Shown one piece after another: positions 29,297 to 38,430 of a stretch of DNA of 64,000 nt. Under the pieces are notes generated by a model, which saw only the letters and a list, made by a program, of their open reading frames with translations, was not told the origin of the DNA and made no database searches. Every line of letters begins with the position of its first letter. Within the stretch, counting starts at the first letter, position 1. Source of the DNA: an uncultured Chloroflexia bacterium (GTDB taxonomy: Bacteria > Chloroflexota > Limnocylindria > Limnocylindrales > CSP1-4); NCBI GenBank assembly GCA_963748625.1, contig CAVVJT010000004.1:288001-352000 (forward strand). The letters run 5' to 3'. Both the position numbers and the translations under genes were made by a program.

Positions 29297-31234
29297 TCAG
29301 CGGGCGCCCGAGCAGTCGTAGAGCTGGGCCGACACGCCGGCCACCGGGGAGCAGGCCGCCTGCACCCAGGCGGCACGCGCGCCGGCCGTGTTCCCCTGGC
29401 CGTCACCTCCGAAGAACCCACCGGGCCCTCCCCCGCCGAAGCCGCCCAGGAGGACGAAGCGGAGACGGCCGTCGGCCACGAAGCGCTGCAGCTGCTCGAG
29501 GGTGGGCGCCGGGTCGGAGCCCATGAAGCCGCCCATGGCCATGACCGGCACACCGGTTGCGAGCTGGAGGGGTCCGGCCTGGTTGGCCGACGCGACCGCC
29601 ACCAGCCAGGACTCGTCGCCGTGATTGGCGAGCAGGTAGGCCGCAACCCCGGGGTCGGCAGCGTCGCCCCAGAACCCGCCCGGGCCGCCCGGACCTCCCC
29701 CGAAGCGGGCGTCGCCCGGACCCGCGACCGGGTCGCCGCCCGCGATCGGACCGCTGATGGTCTCGGCTGCGTACAGCACGGGCCCCACGAGCATGGCACC
29801 AAGACCGATCGTGAGCGCCCACGCCCCCAGGCGCGGGGACCGCGGATCGCTCACGAACGCCGCCGTCACCAGCACGATCGACGCCGCGATCGCGACGGAC
29901 AGGGCGCCCAGCCCAGCGCCCGGCCAGAAGTCCGGCGTGCGCTCCAGCAGCTGCCAGCCGACCGCGGCGGACGCGACGATGATCAGCGCGAGCCCGATGC
30001 TGGCCCACGGCCGGCGATCCCGCAGGGCCCACAGCTCGGCGATCCCGCCGCCTGCCAGGGCTGCGGCGGCCGGTGCGATCGCAACCGCGTAGTACGGGTG
30101 CGCGATCCCGCTCATCAGCGAGAACACCAGGACATGGACGAGGGCCCACGTCCCCCACAGCAGGAACGCCGCACGACCTGGATCGGTGCGCGGTGCGCGC
30201 AACCGGCAGGCCAGTCCCGCCACGAGGCCGATCGCCGCAGCGGGCAGCAGCCACGCGACCTGGCCACCCCACTCCGCGTTGAACATGCGCAACAGGCCCG
30301 GACTGCCTCCGAAGCCACCAGGCCCGCCGGGTCCGCCACCGCGGCCGATCCCACCCGCCGCTCCCTCCCTGCCGAAGATGCGCCCGAGACCGTCGTACCC
30401 GAGGACCAGGTCGAGCGCGGTGTTATTGGTGCTCCCGCCGATGTAGGGCCTGGATGCCGCCGGCACGAGGTCCACCACGGCGACCCACCACGCCGAAGCG
30501 CCCACCACCGCGACCGCCGCGGCGGCCAGACCTCCGATCCGTCTGGTCACGCTCCCGGGCGCCGCCACGAGCCAGGCGAGCAGGAACGCCGGGAGCACCA
30601 GGTAGGCCTGGAGGTACTTGGTGAGGAACGCGAAGCCAACGAGCACGCCGGCCAGGACGGCCCAGCGGATCCGGCCCCGGTCAAGGCCCCGGACCACCGC
30701 CCATGCCGCCGCCACGAGGATGGCGACGAGGATGGCGTCGGGGTTGTTGTAGCGGAACATCAGGACGGCCACCGGCGTGAGCGCGAAGAACCCGCCGGCG
30801 AGCAGGGCGGCGAGCCGCCCCAGCTGGCGGCGGACCGCGTCCCACAGCAGCAGCACGGCCACCACGCCGCACAGGGCCTCCGGCACGAGGACCGATAACG
30901 GGCTCAGCCCGAACAAGCGCACCGACAACCCCATGAGCCAGAGCGAGACCGGGGGCTTGTCGACCGTGATGAAGCCCGCGGCGTCGATCGAGCCGAAGAA
31001 GAGGGCTCCCCAGTCCCGGGATCCGGCCTGCGCCGCAGCCGAGTAGTAGGTGTTGGCGTACCCGCTCACGTCGAGGTTCCACAGGTACAGCACCCCAGCC
31101 AGGACGGCGAGAGCGAACGGGACGAGGCGCCACGCTCGCTCGACGCCCGGGCGCTGGAGCGGGGCGGGCTCGGCGCCCGGACCGGCGCCCGGGTCCCCGG
31201 TCGATGCGGGTCCGGCGCTGGGCGGCTGGGTCAC
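29297..31234 (-). CDS. ArnT/PMT (GT39)-family glycosyltransferase, YkcB-like
   Basis: ANTYYSAA, ITVDKPP, MFRYNNPDA, many TM helices, GGFMGSDP. Confidence 0.9.
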   Translation of the reverse strand: MTQPPSAGPASTGDPGAGPGAEPAPLQRPGVERAWRLVPFALAVLAGVLYLWNLDVSGYANTYYSAAAQAGSRDWGALFFGSIDAAGFITVDKPPVSLWLMGLSVRLFGLSPLSVLVPEALCGVVAVLLLWDAVRRQLGRLAALLAGGFFALTPVAVLMFRYNNPDAILVAILVAAAWAVVRGLDRGRIRWAVLAGVLVGFAFLTKYLQAYLVLPAFLLAWLVAAPGSVTRRIGGLAAAAVAVVGASAWWVAVVDLVPAASRPYIGGSTNNTALDLVLGYDGLGRIFGREGAAGGIGRGGGPGGPGGFGGSPGLLRMFNAEWGGQVAWLLPAAAIGLVAGLACRLRAPRTDPGRAAFLLWGTWALVHVLVFSLMSGIAHPYYAVAIAPAAAALAGGGIAELWALRDRRPWASIGLALIIVASAAVGWQLLERTPDFWPGAGLGALSVAIAASIVLVTAAFVSDPRSPRLGAWALTIGLGAMLVGPVLYAAETISGPIAGGDPVAGPGDARFGGGPGGPGGFWGDAADPGVAAYLLANHGDESWLVAVASANQAGPLQLATGVPVMAMGGFMGSDPAPTLEQLQRFVADGRLRFVLLGGFGGGGPGGFFGGDGQGNTAGARAAWVQAACSPVAGVSAQLYDCSGAR

Positions 31235-31253
31235 GCGGGCGTTGGCTCCTGGC

Positions 31254-31995
31254 TCAACCCTGGCCGCGCGTGAGCTGCAGCTGGATCTCCAGGATCCCCT
31301 GGTCCTCCACGGACAGCACCATCATCGACTGGGGCTTCGCAATGCCGAAGTCCGCGAACTTGATCGGCAGCGAGCCCGCGACAGTGACGACATCCCCAGC
31401 CAGGCGGGCCTGGAGCGGGATCTCGACGGACTTGGTGACGCCGTGGAGCGTGAGGTCACCCGTCGCGGTCGCCTCGACCGTCGCCCCGTCGGCCGGCACG
31501 GAACCGAGATCGATCGGTGCCGTGAGCGTGAACGTGGCCGTCGGGAACCGGCCGGTCTCGAGCGCCTGGCCCTCCAGCTGCCCGTCGCGCCGGGAGTTGT
31601 CGCTCTTCAAGGTGGTCAGGTCCGCGGTGAACTCGGCAGCCTCGATGGTGCTGCCGTTGAGGGTGATGCTCCCCGTGACATCGGGTGTGCGACCCACGGC
31701 CTCGGTCGCGCCAATGTTGGCGAGCGTCTCCTTCACGCGGTAGCCGACAAAGGAGCCCGAGAAGTCCGAGAAGGAGCCGACCGACGGATCCACGGTCCAC
31801 ATGCCGTCAGCACCCTCCGCCGGAGGCGGTTCCCGGGGTGGCAACGGGCGCGGGCGTCCCGAGCGACACGGGGGCCGGTCCCGAAGGACGCAGGAAGAGG
31901 TACCAGAGGCCACCTGCCGCCACGAGGAGGACGGCGATGACCGCGACGATGCCGATGAGCGGCTTCCTGTTGGACGCGGGACGCTGGGTTGTCAC
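31254..31995 (-). CDS. YceI-family lipid/isoprenoid-binding protein; apparent frameshift near 31813
   Basis: Signal anchor in ORF 31807-31995; GYRVKE, SDNSRRD and GDLTLHGVTK in ORF 31254-31913. Confidence 0.85.
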
Positions 31996-32077
31996 CTGGG
32001 GGCTCCCCTACTGCCGGCTTGGGACGACGGCCACGGCCACCGTCGCAGGTAACCGTTGCTTAGTCAACTGACCCTTC

Positions 32078-32094
32078 GTGAGAGGTCCCTGAGA
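32078..32094 (-). promoter_or_regulatory. MprA-box-like direct repeat
   Basis: TCTCAG-ggacc-TCTCAC upstream of the yceI/GT39 operon. Confidence 0.75.
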
Positions 32095-32097
32095 GCG

Positions 32098-32572
32098 TCA
32101 GGCCCCGGCCTTGTACGGGTAGGTCACCCAATCGTGCACGGTGTCGGCGTAGAAGTCCGGCGCGCCGCCGACCCGCGAGCGCCCGGGCTTGTAGTGGATG
32201 ACCGCGGAGACGGGGGTGCCGCCGGCGGCGCGCACCCGGGCGAGCACTTCGGTCATCGTCTCGCCGGTCTCCCAGACCTCGTCCACGACCAGCACCCGGC
32301 GCCCGTCGAGGAGCGCCGCCTCTGGGAAGTGGCTGATCACCGGCGCATCGTGGGTCCCGCCCTCCGGCAGGTAGAACACGGCACCCGCGACCAGGATCTC
32401 CCGCAGGTCCAGCCGATAGGCCAGCATGCCTGCCGGCACGAGGCCGCCGCGCGTGATGGCCAGCACGACGTCATGGTCCCGGCCGCAGCGGTCGGCGAGA
32501 CGCGCGACGAGGGCGTCGAGCGCCTCCCAGGTGACGATCAGCGTGTCCGGCATGGTCCCATCATCGGGCATG
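32098..32572 (-). CDS. Purine phosphoribosyltransferase-like protein (type I PRT)
   Basis: AITRGGLVPA, VLVVDEVWETGET PRPP loop, WVTYPY; start approximate. Confidence 0.85.
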
Positions 32573-32593
32573 GCTGACACGACGTGCGTTGCG

Positions 32594-33331
32594 TTACGGA
32601 GCCGATGTGGCCTCCGCCTCCGGCGACGCTGCAGCCGAGGCTGCGGGCGCCGGGGTCGCGAGGATGTTGTGGCACAGCGTGCAGGTCTCCTCCTCGCGCA
32701 ACGCGTGGTCGATCGGGAGGGCGCCCGCCTGGCTCGACTGGTGGCACGAGCGGCAGGTCAGGTTCTGCGGATCGGGGTGCGGCTTGGCGGGCGGCGGAGC
32801 GGGGTTGGGCTTGTGGCACAGCCAGCACTCGTCCTGGTTGCGCCCGACCATGCTGGACGGCAGGTGCGCGACCGTGCCATGGCAGTCGAGGCATGGCTCG
32901 TGCAGGTCGGCGTGCGCCTGCGTGATCGCCGGCCCGTCGGGCGCCACTTTGTGGCAGTTGAGGCACTCGGTCTCGGCAATACCGGTATGGCCCGGCGCCT
33001 TGCGGCCCAGGTCCTGGTCGTCGTGGCAGGTGAGGCAGGCGGTCCAACCCTCGATCTGGTGGCCGATGGCCGGGATCGGCTTGAGGTCGGCGGCACCGCC
33101 CTTCTCGTGGCACAGGAGACAGCTGTTCGAGGTAGGGATGTGGGCCAGGCCCATCTGCATCGTCTCGGGCGTCGCAGAGGCCAACGGGGCGACCGACTCT
33201 GCCGCCGTACCGCGCGCGGGGATCACGTGCAGCCAGTCGAGCACCATGGTCAGCGCGAGGAGCCCCACCACGACCAGGTTGAGCGCGATGAGCAGCCGTA
33301 GCGTGCGGTCGAACCTCGATCGTCGTTTCAT
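32594..33331 (-). CDS. Membrane-anchored heptaheme cytochrome c
   Basis: Seven CxxCH motifs (CLLCH, CLTCH, CLNCH, CLDCH, CWLCH, CRSCH, CTLCH); N-terminal TM helix. Confidence 0.92.
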   Translation of the reverse strand: MKRRSRFDRTLRLLIALNLVVVGLLALTMVLDWLHVIPARGTAAESVAPLASATPETMQMGLAHIPTSNSCLLCHEKGGAADLKPIPAIGHQIEGWTACLTCHDDQDLGRKAPGHTGIAETECLNCHKVAPDGPAITQAHADLHEPCLDCHGTVAHLPSSMVGRNQDECWLCHKPNPAPPPAKPHPDPQNLTCRSCHQSSQAGALPIDHALREEETCTLCHNILATPAPAASAAASPEAEATSAP

Positions 33332-33876
33332 GCGTGCGCCCCTGTCGTCTGGGTGGGTGAGCCCGCCGCGATGCGGTGGGCTGCGATCTGCTCATCCATC
33401 ACACGGAGCTCGTCACGCACCGTCCCGATCGTCCGAGGCAGAGCGGCCGCGACAACGGGCGAGAGCCCCGTCCCGAATCCGGTGTTGACCACCTCGACCC
33501 CGACCAGCGCCACAGGCTCCGGGAGCCAGCCCATCAGGCGGGCCATGGCCAGCAGCTCGGCGACGGAGTTGGGCGCCTGCCCGGGTGCCCCGTCCGCCTG
33601 GACGATGGCATCGCCGTGCAGGACCGACACGGAACCCTCTGGCCCGCCCAGATGGAGCGCGTCCACCAGCACGAGGCCCCTGGCGTCGCGGACTGCGTGC
33701 AGCAGGTCCATCAGCAGCGTGCCGCCGTCCACGAGCCACGTGTGCTCGGGCAGCGCGACCGGGTCATGCTCCTGGATCTCGCGCAACGCCTCGATCACGC
33801 GCACGCCGATCGCGTCGTCGCGAAGCAGCACATTGCCCACGCCGATCACGACGAGCGGGCGGGTGGGCTCGCTCAC
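33328..33876 (-). CDS. hyaD: Hydrogenase maturation protease (HyaD/HybD family)
   Basis: GVGNVLLRDDAIG, DGGT, LVDA. Confidence 0.88.
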   Translation of the reverse strand: MSEPTRPLVVIGVGNVLLRDDAIGVRVIEALREIQEHDPVALPEHTWLVDGGTLLMDLLHAVRDARGLVLVDALHLGGPEGSVSVLHGDAIVQADGAPGQAPNSVAELLAMARLMGWLPEPVALVGVEVVNTGFGTGLSPVVAAALPRTIGTVRDELRVMDEQIAAHRIAAGSPTQTTGAHA

Positions 33877-34679
33877 GGCTCGGTCCGCTCCAGCAGCTCG
33901 GGGCCGCCGTCACGCGAGGCCACGACCTGGTGGCGGGTGGGGAACTTGTAGCCGTTGATCATCGAGGACACCAGGCCGTTCTGCTCGATGTGGTCGACCA
34001 GCACGCAGCTGTAGACGTGGAACAGCGCGATCGCGAGGATCACCCACATCGCGAGGTGATGGATCACGCGCAGCATCTGGGCTCCGAGCAGGTCACGCAG
34101 CCAGCCGAACATCGTCGCCCCGGGCTCGGCACCCATGAGGCCGTCGAGCGCGAAGCCCGTGACCGTCTCCGCGAGCAGCAGCACGAACAGCACGACGTAT
34201 GCCGTGGCGGCCAGCTGGTTGTGGCCGAGGACCTCGGGAATCTCCTTGCGGAAGAACCCGTAGAACCCGGCCTGGCGGTACAGCTCGGTCGCCTGGTAGC
34301 GGCTGGTCGGGATGAACGCCGTCCAGCGGGCGAACCGGTTGCCGAAGATCAGCATCCACGTCCGGACGAGACCCGACACGAGGAAGGTGAGCGCCGCGAT
34401 GATGTGGAGCAGCCGCACGTTGCTCATGAGGGCCCCGCCGGCCGGGATGAGGAAGGGATCCGCGATGTACATGCCCGAGATCGCGAGGATCACGATGCAC
34501 GCGGCGGTCACCCAGTGCGTGACCCGCACGGGCACCTGCCAGATGTAGAGCCGGACGCGGCGGCCCGGATCCTCGATGTGGTGCGCGGCGTCGGCGTGGG
34601 CACCAGCCGTCGGGACGGTGGCCGGGACGGCGGCCTCGGCGGACGCCGCGCCGGGAAGGGTCTCCTGGGCGACGGTCAT
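33873..34679 (-). CDS. hyaC: Ni/Fe-hydrogenase b-type cytochrome subunit
   Basis: WQVPVRVTHW, RLLH, GHNQL, IHH, FHVY. Confidence 0.92.
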   Translation of the reverse strand: MTVAQETLPGAASAEAAVPATVPTAGAHADAAHHIEDPGRRVRLYIWQVPVRVTHWVTAACIVILAISGMYIADPFLIPAGGALMSNVRLLHIIAALTFLVSGLVRTWMLIFGNRFARWTAFIPTSRYQATELYRQAGFYGFFRKEIPEVLGHNQLAATAYVVLFVLLLAETVTGFALDGLMGAEPGATMFGWLRDLLGAQMLRVIHHLAMWVILAIALFHVYSCVLVDHIEQNGLVSSMINGYKFPTRHQVVASRDGGPELLERTEP

Positions 34680-36454
34680 CGGACGGCCTCCGGGGCGGTT
34701 GCGCGGACGCTGACGACGGTGTCGCCGCCCGCTCGTGGATCGTGGACATGCGCCGCGCATGCGGCGCATGGGGCGATGGAGTGGACGACCCGCAGGATCT
34801 CCAGCGGCTGCGCGGCATCGGCGACCGGCGTGCCAACGAGCGAGGACTCGAGGGGGCCGGCCATCGCGAGCACGTCGCGAGGCGAGGCGTTCCAGGTGGA
34901 GCCGTCGACGACCTGGTAGGCGTCGACGTACTTGTTCTTGACGTGGACCCAGTGGTTGACGGAGCCGCGCGGGCCCTCTCCGGCCGACCAGCCGGCGAAC
35001 TCGTCGGGCCACGCGTTGGGATCCCACAGCTCCACGCTGGCGACCGAGACATCGCCCGTCGCAAGGCTGGAGCGAAGCTCCCAGACCCAGCCGTCGAGCT
35101 CGCGGCTCAGGACGTCGGTCTCGACCGCACGGGCCAGCATCCTGCCGAGCACGCCGGTGGTGCCCTTGGGGCCGAGGCCGGTGCGCTCGAGCAGCCGGGC
35201 CAGCGCCAGGCGGATCTCCGTCTGGCCGTTGGCGGCCCCCACCAGCACCCGGGCGAGGGGGCCGGTCTCCATCGGCAGCCCGTTGTACCGCGGCGCCTTG
35301 GACCAGGTGTACTTCCCATCCCCGTCAAGCTGCGTGAGCGGGAGCGTGGCGGTGAACATTGGGTCGGTGAGGCCGTCGACCGGGCGGGTCAGCGCATCGT
35401 CACCGTTGGGGTACGTGTACCAGGCGTGCTGGACCGACTCGCCGATGTCCTCGTGGCTCACCGGCTGGGAGCCCTCGAGGTTGCCTTCCATGAGGCGGCC
35501 GGCCGGGAAGAACATGACGGGTTTGGCGCTCTGGTCCTGCGGGAACTCCCCGTTGCACAGGTAGTTGCCCGGCCCGGCCCCAATCGTGGCGTACTCGGGA
35601 TAGGCGTTGGCGAGCATGACCGTGTCAGGGACGAACACCTGATCGACGAACATGCGAGCGCCCTGGATGAGGCCCGCCAGGAGGTCGAGGCCCTCCTGAC
35701 TCAGCGGCGGGGGTGCGTTGCGATCCGGGACCTGCGGGTGCTGGCGGGTCTGCGATGCGGCCGGACCACCCCACGGCGGGGCGACGGCCATGCCGCCCAC
35801 CAGGAATGTCTGGGGGTGCGGGTCCTTGCCGCCCAGGAGGGCTTCGAGCCGCAGGAAGTCCGCCTGCCAGTCCAGCGCCTCGAGCATGTGCGCGGCGAGG
35901 AGCAGGCTCTGCTCCGGGGTGAGCCGGTAGGCCGGATGGCCGGCCCAGCCGCCGCCGAACGGGTTCCGCTGCTCGCTTCCGAGGACGCCGGCAAGGCGGT
36001 CCTTGACCTCCTTGAACCACGCCGATGTCGAGTTCGCCCACGCGCTCTGACCCGTGGCCAGGCGCGCGGTCGCCACCGGATCCGCGGTCACGGCGAGGGA
36101 GATGTCCATCCAGTCCGAGAGGGACCGCTGGTACAGGACCATGACGTGATCGCGGACCATCATGGACGCCGCCATGATGCTGCGGATGAGGCGCGCATTG
36201 ACCGGGATCACGATGCCCAGCCCCTGCTCGACCGCACGTACGGACGCGAGCGCGTGGACGCCGGTGCAGGTCCCGCAGATGCGCTGGGCCAGCAGCCATG
36301 CGTCGCGCGGATCACGGCCCACGAGGACGGTCTCGATGCCGCGGAACGTGCCGGCCGACACCCAGGCCGACCCGACGTAACCGCCGACGGTCTCGGCATC
36401 GACGCGCATCTGGCCGTTGGCCCGGGTGACGGGATCGACGACGATGCGGGTCAT
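34676..36454 (-). CDS. hyaB: Group 1-type [NiFe]-hydrogenase large subunit, divergent active-site environment
   Basis: RICGTC and PCAACAAH Cys pairs, GRDPRDAW, GPRG, TWNASPRD; C-terminal extension after His. Confidence 0.92.
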   Translation of the reverse strand: MTRIVVDPVTRANGQMRVDAETVGGYVGSAWVSAGTFRGIETVLVGRDPRDAWLLAQRICGTCTGVHALASVRAVEQGLGIVIPVNARLIRSIMAASMMVRDHVMVLYQRSLSDWMDISLAVTADPVATARLATGQSAWANSTSAWFKEVKDRLAGVLGSEQRNPFGGGWAGHPAYRLTPEQSLLLAAHMLEALDWQADFLRLEALLGGKDPHPQTFLVGGMAVAPPWGGPAASQTRQHPQVPDRNAPPPLSQEGLDLLAGLIQGARMFVDQVFVPDTVMLANAYPEYATIGAGPGNYLCNGEFPQDQSAKPVMFFPAGRLMEGNLEGSQPVSHEDIGESVQHAWYTYPNGDDALTRPVDGLTDPMFTATLPLTQLDGDGKYTWSKAPRYNGLPMETGPLARVLVGAANGQTEIRLALARLLERTGLGPKGTTGVLGRMLARAVETDVLSRELDGWVWELRSSLATGDVSVASVELWDPNAWPDEFAGWSAGEGPRGSVNHWVHVKNKYVDAYQVVDGSTWNASPRDVLAMAGPLESSLVGTPVADAAQPLEILRVVHSIAPCAACAAHVHDPRAGGDTVVSVRATAPEAVR

Positions 36455-37731
36455 GCTTCGGGCTCCGCGGTCGTGGGCTGGGATTCGGGGGGCGTGGTGA
36501 CCGCAGCGTGGTCATCCGGAGGGGTGACGACCGCGACTTCGGCGGCTTCCGCGGCGGCCGGTGGCTGCGGGTCAGCCTCGGTGGCAAGCGCCTGCGGGTC
36601 AGCCTCGCCGGCCGCGGAGCCTCCCGCGCTGGCGGCTTCGGCGGCAGCTGCGGCCTCCGCCCTCGCGATCCGCTTCCGGCGCTTGAAGCGCATCCCCATC
36701 CCGGTCGCGTGAACGGCGACGACGCCGGCGATGCCGCCGACCATGGCCACACCGATCGTGTCCACCGTCAGGTTCGGCAGCGGCGGGACGGGCGCGGGGA
36801 GCCGGGCGTACGCCGGTCCCATCGCATCCCACGACGACGGGGTCATGCAGCCGATGCACCCCTCCCCTGCCCGGACGTTCCAGCTGACCCCGCCGCCGTA
36901 GCGGACGGTCGGGCAGTTGGCCATCGTCTCGGGTCCCTTGCAGCCGACCTTGTACAGGCACCAGCCCCGCTGGGCACCCTCGTCACCCCAGGACAGCGCG
37001 AACTCGCCGAACTCGAAGTGGGGGCGCCGCTCGCACTGGTTGTGGACCAGGTTGCCGTAGGCCGAGAGTGGGCGGCTCATGAGGTCCGTGGGCGGCCACT
37101 CGCGGAAGGTCAGCCAGTGGATGAGCACCGAGACGAGCGTGACCACGTTGAGCGGGCATCCCGGCAGCGCGATGTACTGGGCGTTCCCGATGTAGCCCCT
37201 GATGCCCTCGGCGTCGGTGAGGTTGTTCCTGGCCGCCGAGATGCCGCCGTCACAGGCGCAGGATCCTGCCGCGATCACCGCGATCGCCCCGTCGGCGACC
37301 TCGCGCAGGACATCGGCTGCCGGCCGCCCTTGGATCAGGCAGTAGCCGTCGCCGCCGCGAGGGAGGCTTCCCTCCACGACCAGGACGTAGCCGCCCGGGT
37401 AGCGCTCCATCGCATCGGTGAGCGCCTGGCCTGCCCCGGCGCCCGAGACCGCGAGGAACGAGTCGTGGTACTCGATGGAGACCGTCTCGAGGAAGAGCTG
37501 CGACACGGAGGGGTCGATCGAGCGCAGGGTCGCCTCGGTGTTGCCACCGCAGGTCTGCGTGCGGAGCCAGATGACCGGCAGGCGGGGGGCGGCTTCGACG
37601 GCTGCAGCGATGCGCGGGGCGTAGGTGGTCGGCAGCGCGAGGGCAGCGGCCATGGCGGTCGAGAATTGGAGGAACGACCTCCGGGACATCCCGCGCCGCA
37701 CCAGCGCGCCGTACAGCCCTCCGTCGTCCAT
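36451..37731 (-). CDS. hyaA: [NiFe]-hydrogenase small subunit, Tat-exported, with C-terminal TM anchor
   Basis: SRRSFLQF Tat motif; PGCP, HNQC, CLYKVGCKGP, GCIGC. Confidence 0.92.
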   Translation of the reverse strand: MDDGGLYGALVRRGMSRRSFLQFSTAMAAALALPTTYAPRIAAAVEAAPRLPVIWLRTQTCGGNTEATLRSIDPSVSQLFLETVSIEYHDSFLAVSGAGAGQALTDAMERYPGGYVLVVEGSLPRGGDGYCLIQGRPAADVLREVADGAIAVIAAGSCACDGGISAARNNLTDAEGIRGYIGNAQYIALPGCPLNVVTLVSVLIHWLTFREWPPTDLMSRPLSAYGNLVHNQCERRPHFEFGEFALSWGDEGAQRGWCLYKVGCKGPETMANCPTVRYGGGVSWNVRAGEGCIGCMTPSSWDAMGPAYARLPAPVPPLPNLTVDTIGVAMVGGIAGVVAVHATGMGMRFKRRKRIARAEAAAAAEAASAGGSAAGEADPQALATEADPQPPAAAEAAEVAVVTPPDDHAAVTTPPESQPTTAEPEA

Positions 37732-37967
37732 CACTCTCTCTCGTTGTGCTGTCGCGACGGGCCGACCGGAGGCCAGGCAACGGCCGCGACGTGGCTATGG
37801 GAACGCCGGTACCCATGCTCGTCGACGCGCATGCCCCCCGACGCCTGTCGGAAGTCGCCGCGCTGCATGGCGAAGGGCACTGTATTGCGGCCCGTATGGC
37901 TTGTCGGCGTACCTGCTTGTCGGCCCGGGCAACGGGGGTCACGGAGCCTGTCGGTCGGCTCTGGGCC

Positions 37968-38312
37968 TCAGGCGAAGGCGACGAAGGGGTCGCGCTCCGA
38001 CAGCCTCCGCGCGAACGACCGACGCTCCAGGCAGGAGAGAACCGACACCGGGAGATGGTCGGTCCAGACCGCCGCAAGCTCTGGGTCCTCGATGCGGCTG
38101 GCGAAGTCCACGAGGGCCATCACGGTCTCCGCGAGCTCGGGCGGGACCATCCACTCGTCTGCCGTGACGCGTGTCTCCAGGAGCTGCCGGCGGCTGCGCT
38201 GGCGGGGCGTCATGACGGTGGCGGCAGGATCACGCCGCCGTTCGACGAGGCACAGGTGGTCGAAGGCACCGAGCGCCTGCTCGCACAATCGTCCGGACGA
38301 CGTCCCGTGCTC
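37968..38312 (-). CDS. Hypothetical protein
   Basis: Protein-like ORF (VEHGTSSG...DPFVAFA) between kimA and the hydrogenase operon; start uncertain. Confidence 0.5.
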   Translation of the reverse strand, partial: EHGTSSGRLCEQALGAFDHLCLVERRRDPAATVMTPRQRSRRQLLETRVTADEWMVPPELAETVMALVDFASRIEDPELAAVWTDHLPVSVLSCLERRSFARRLSERDPFVAFA

Positions 38313-38430
38313 CACGACCGTGGCCTCCAAGGTGCCCGCCGGGCGGCGCAGGCTGTGCCCTGATGGTAGCGATGGCGGAGGCTCGCCGTGCCTGCGCCGG
38401 GCGACATCTGCGCTGGCCCGGCTGCGGGGC

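Noticed and set aside
32098-32572. PRT-fold gene as pyrR
   Set aside because: Motifs (DEVWETG, WVTYPY) fit purine PRTs and PyrR-specific segments are absent.
34676-34790. Selenocysteine ([NiFeSe]) hydrogenase
   Set aside because: Both C-terminal ligands are TGC Cys codons; there is no in-frame TGA.
35918-35930. Possible att duplicate of the tRNA-Lys 3' end (ggtgagccgg)
   Set aside because: A 10-bp GC-rich match inside the hydrogenase CDS, expected by chance.
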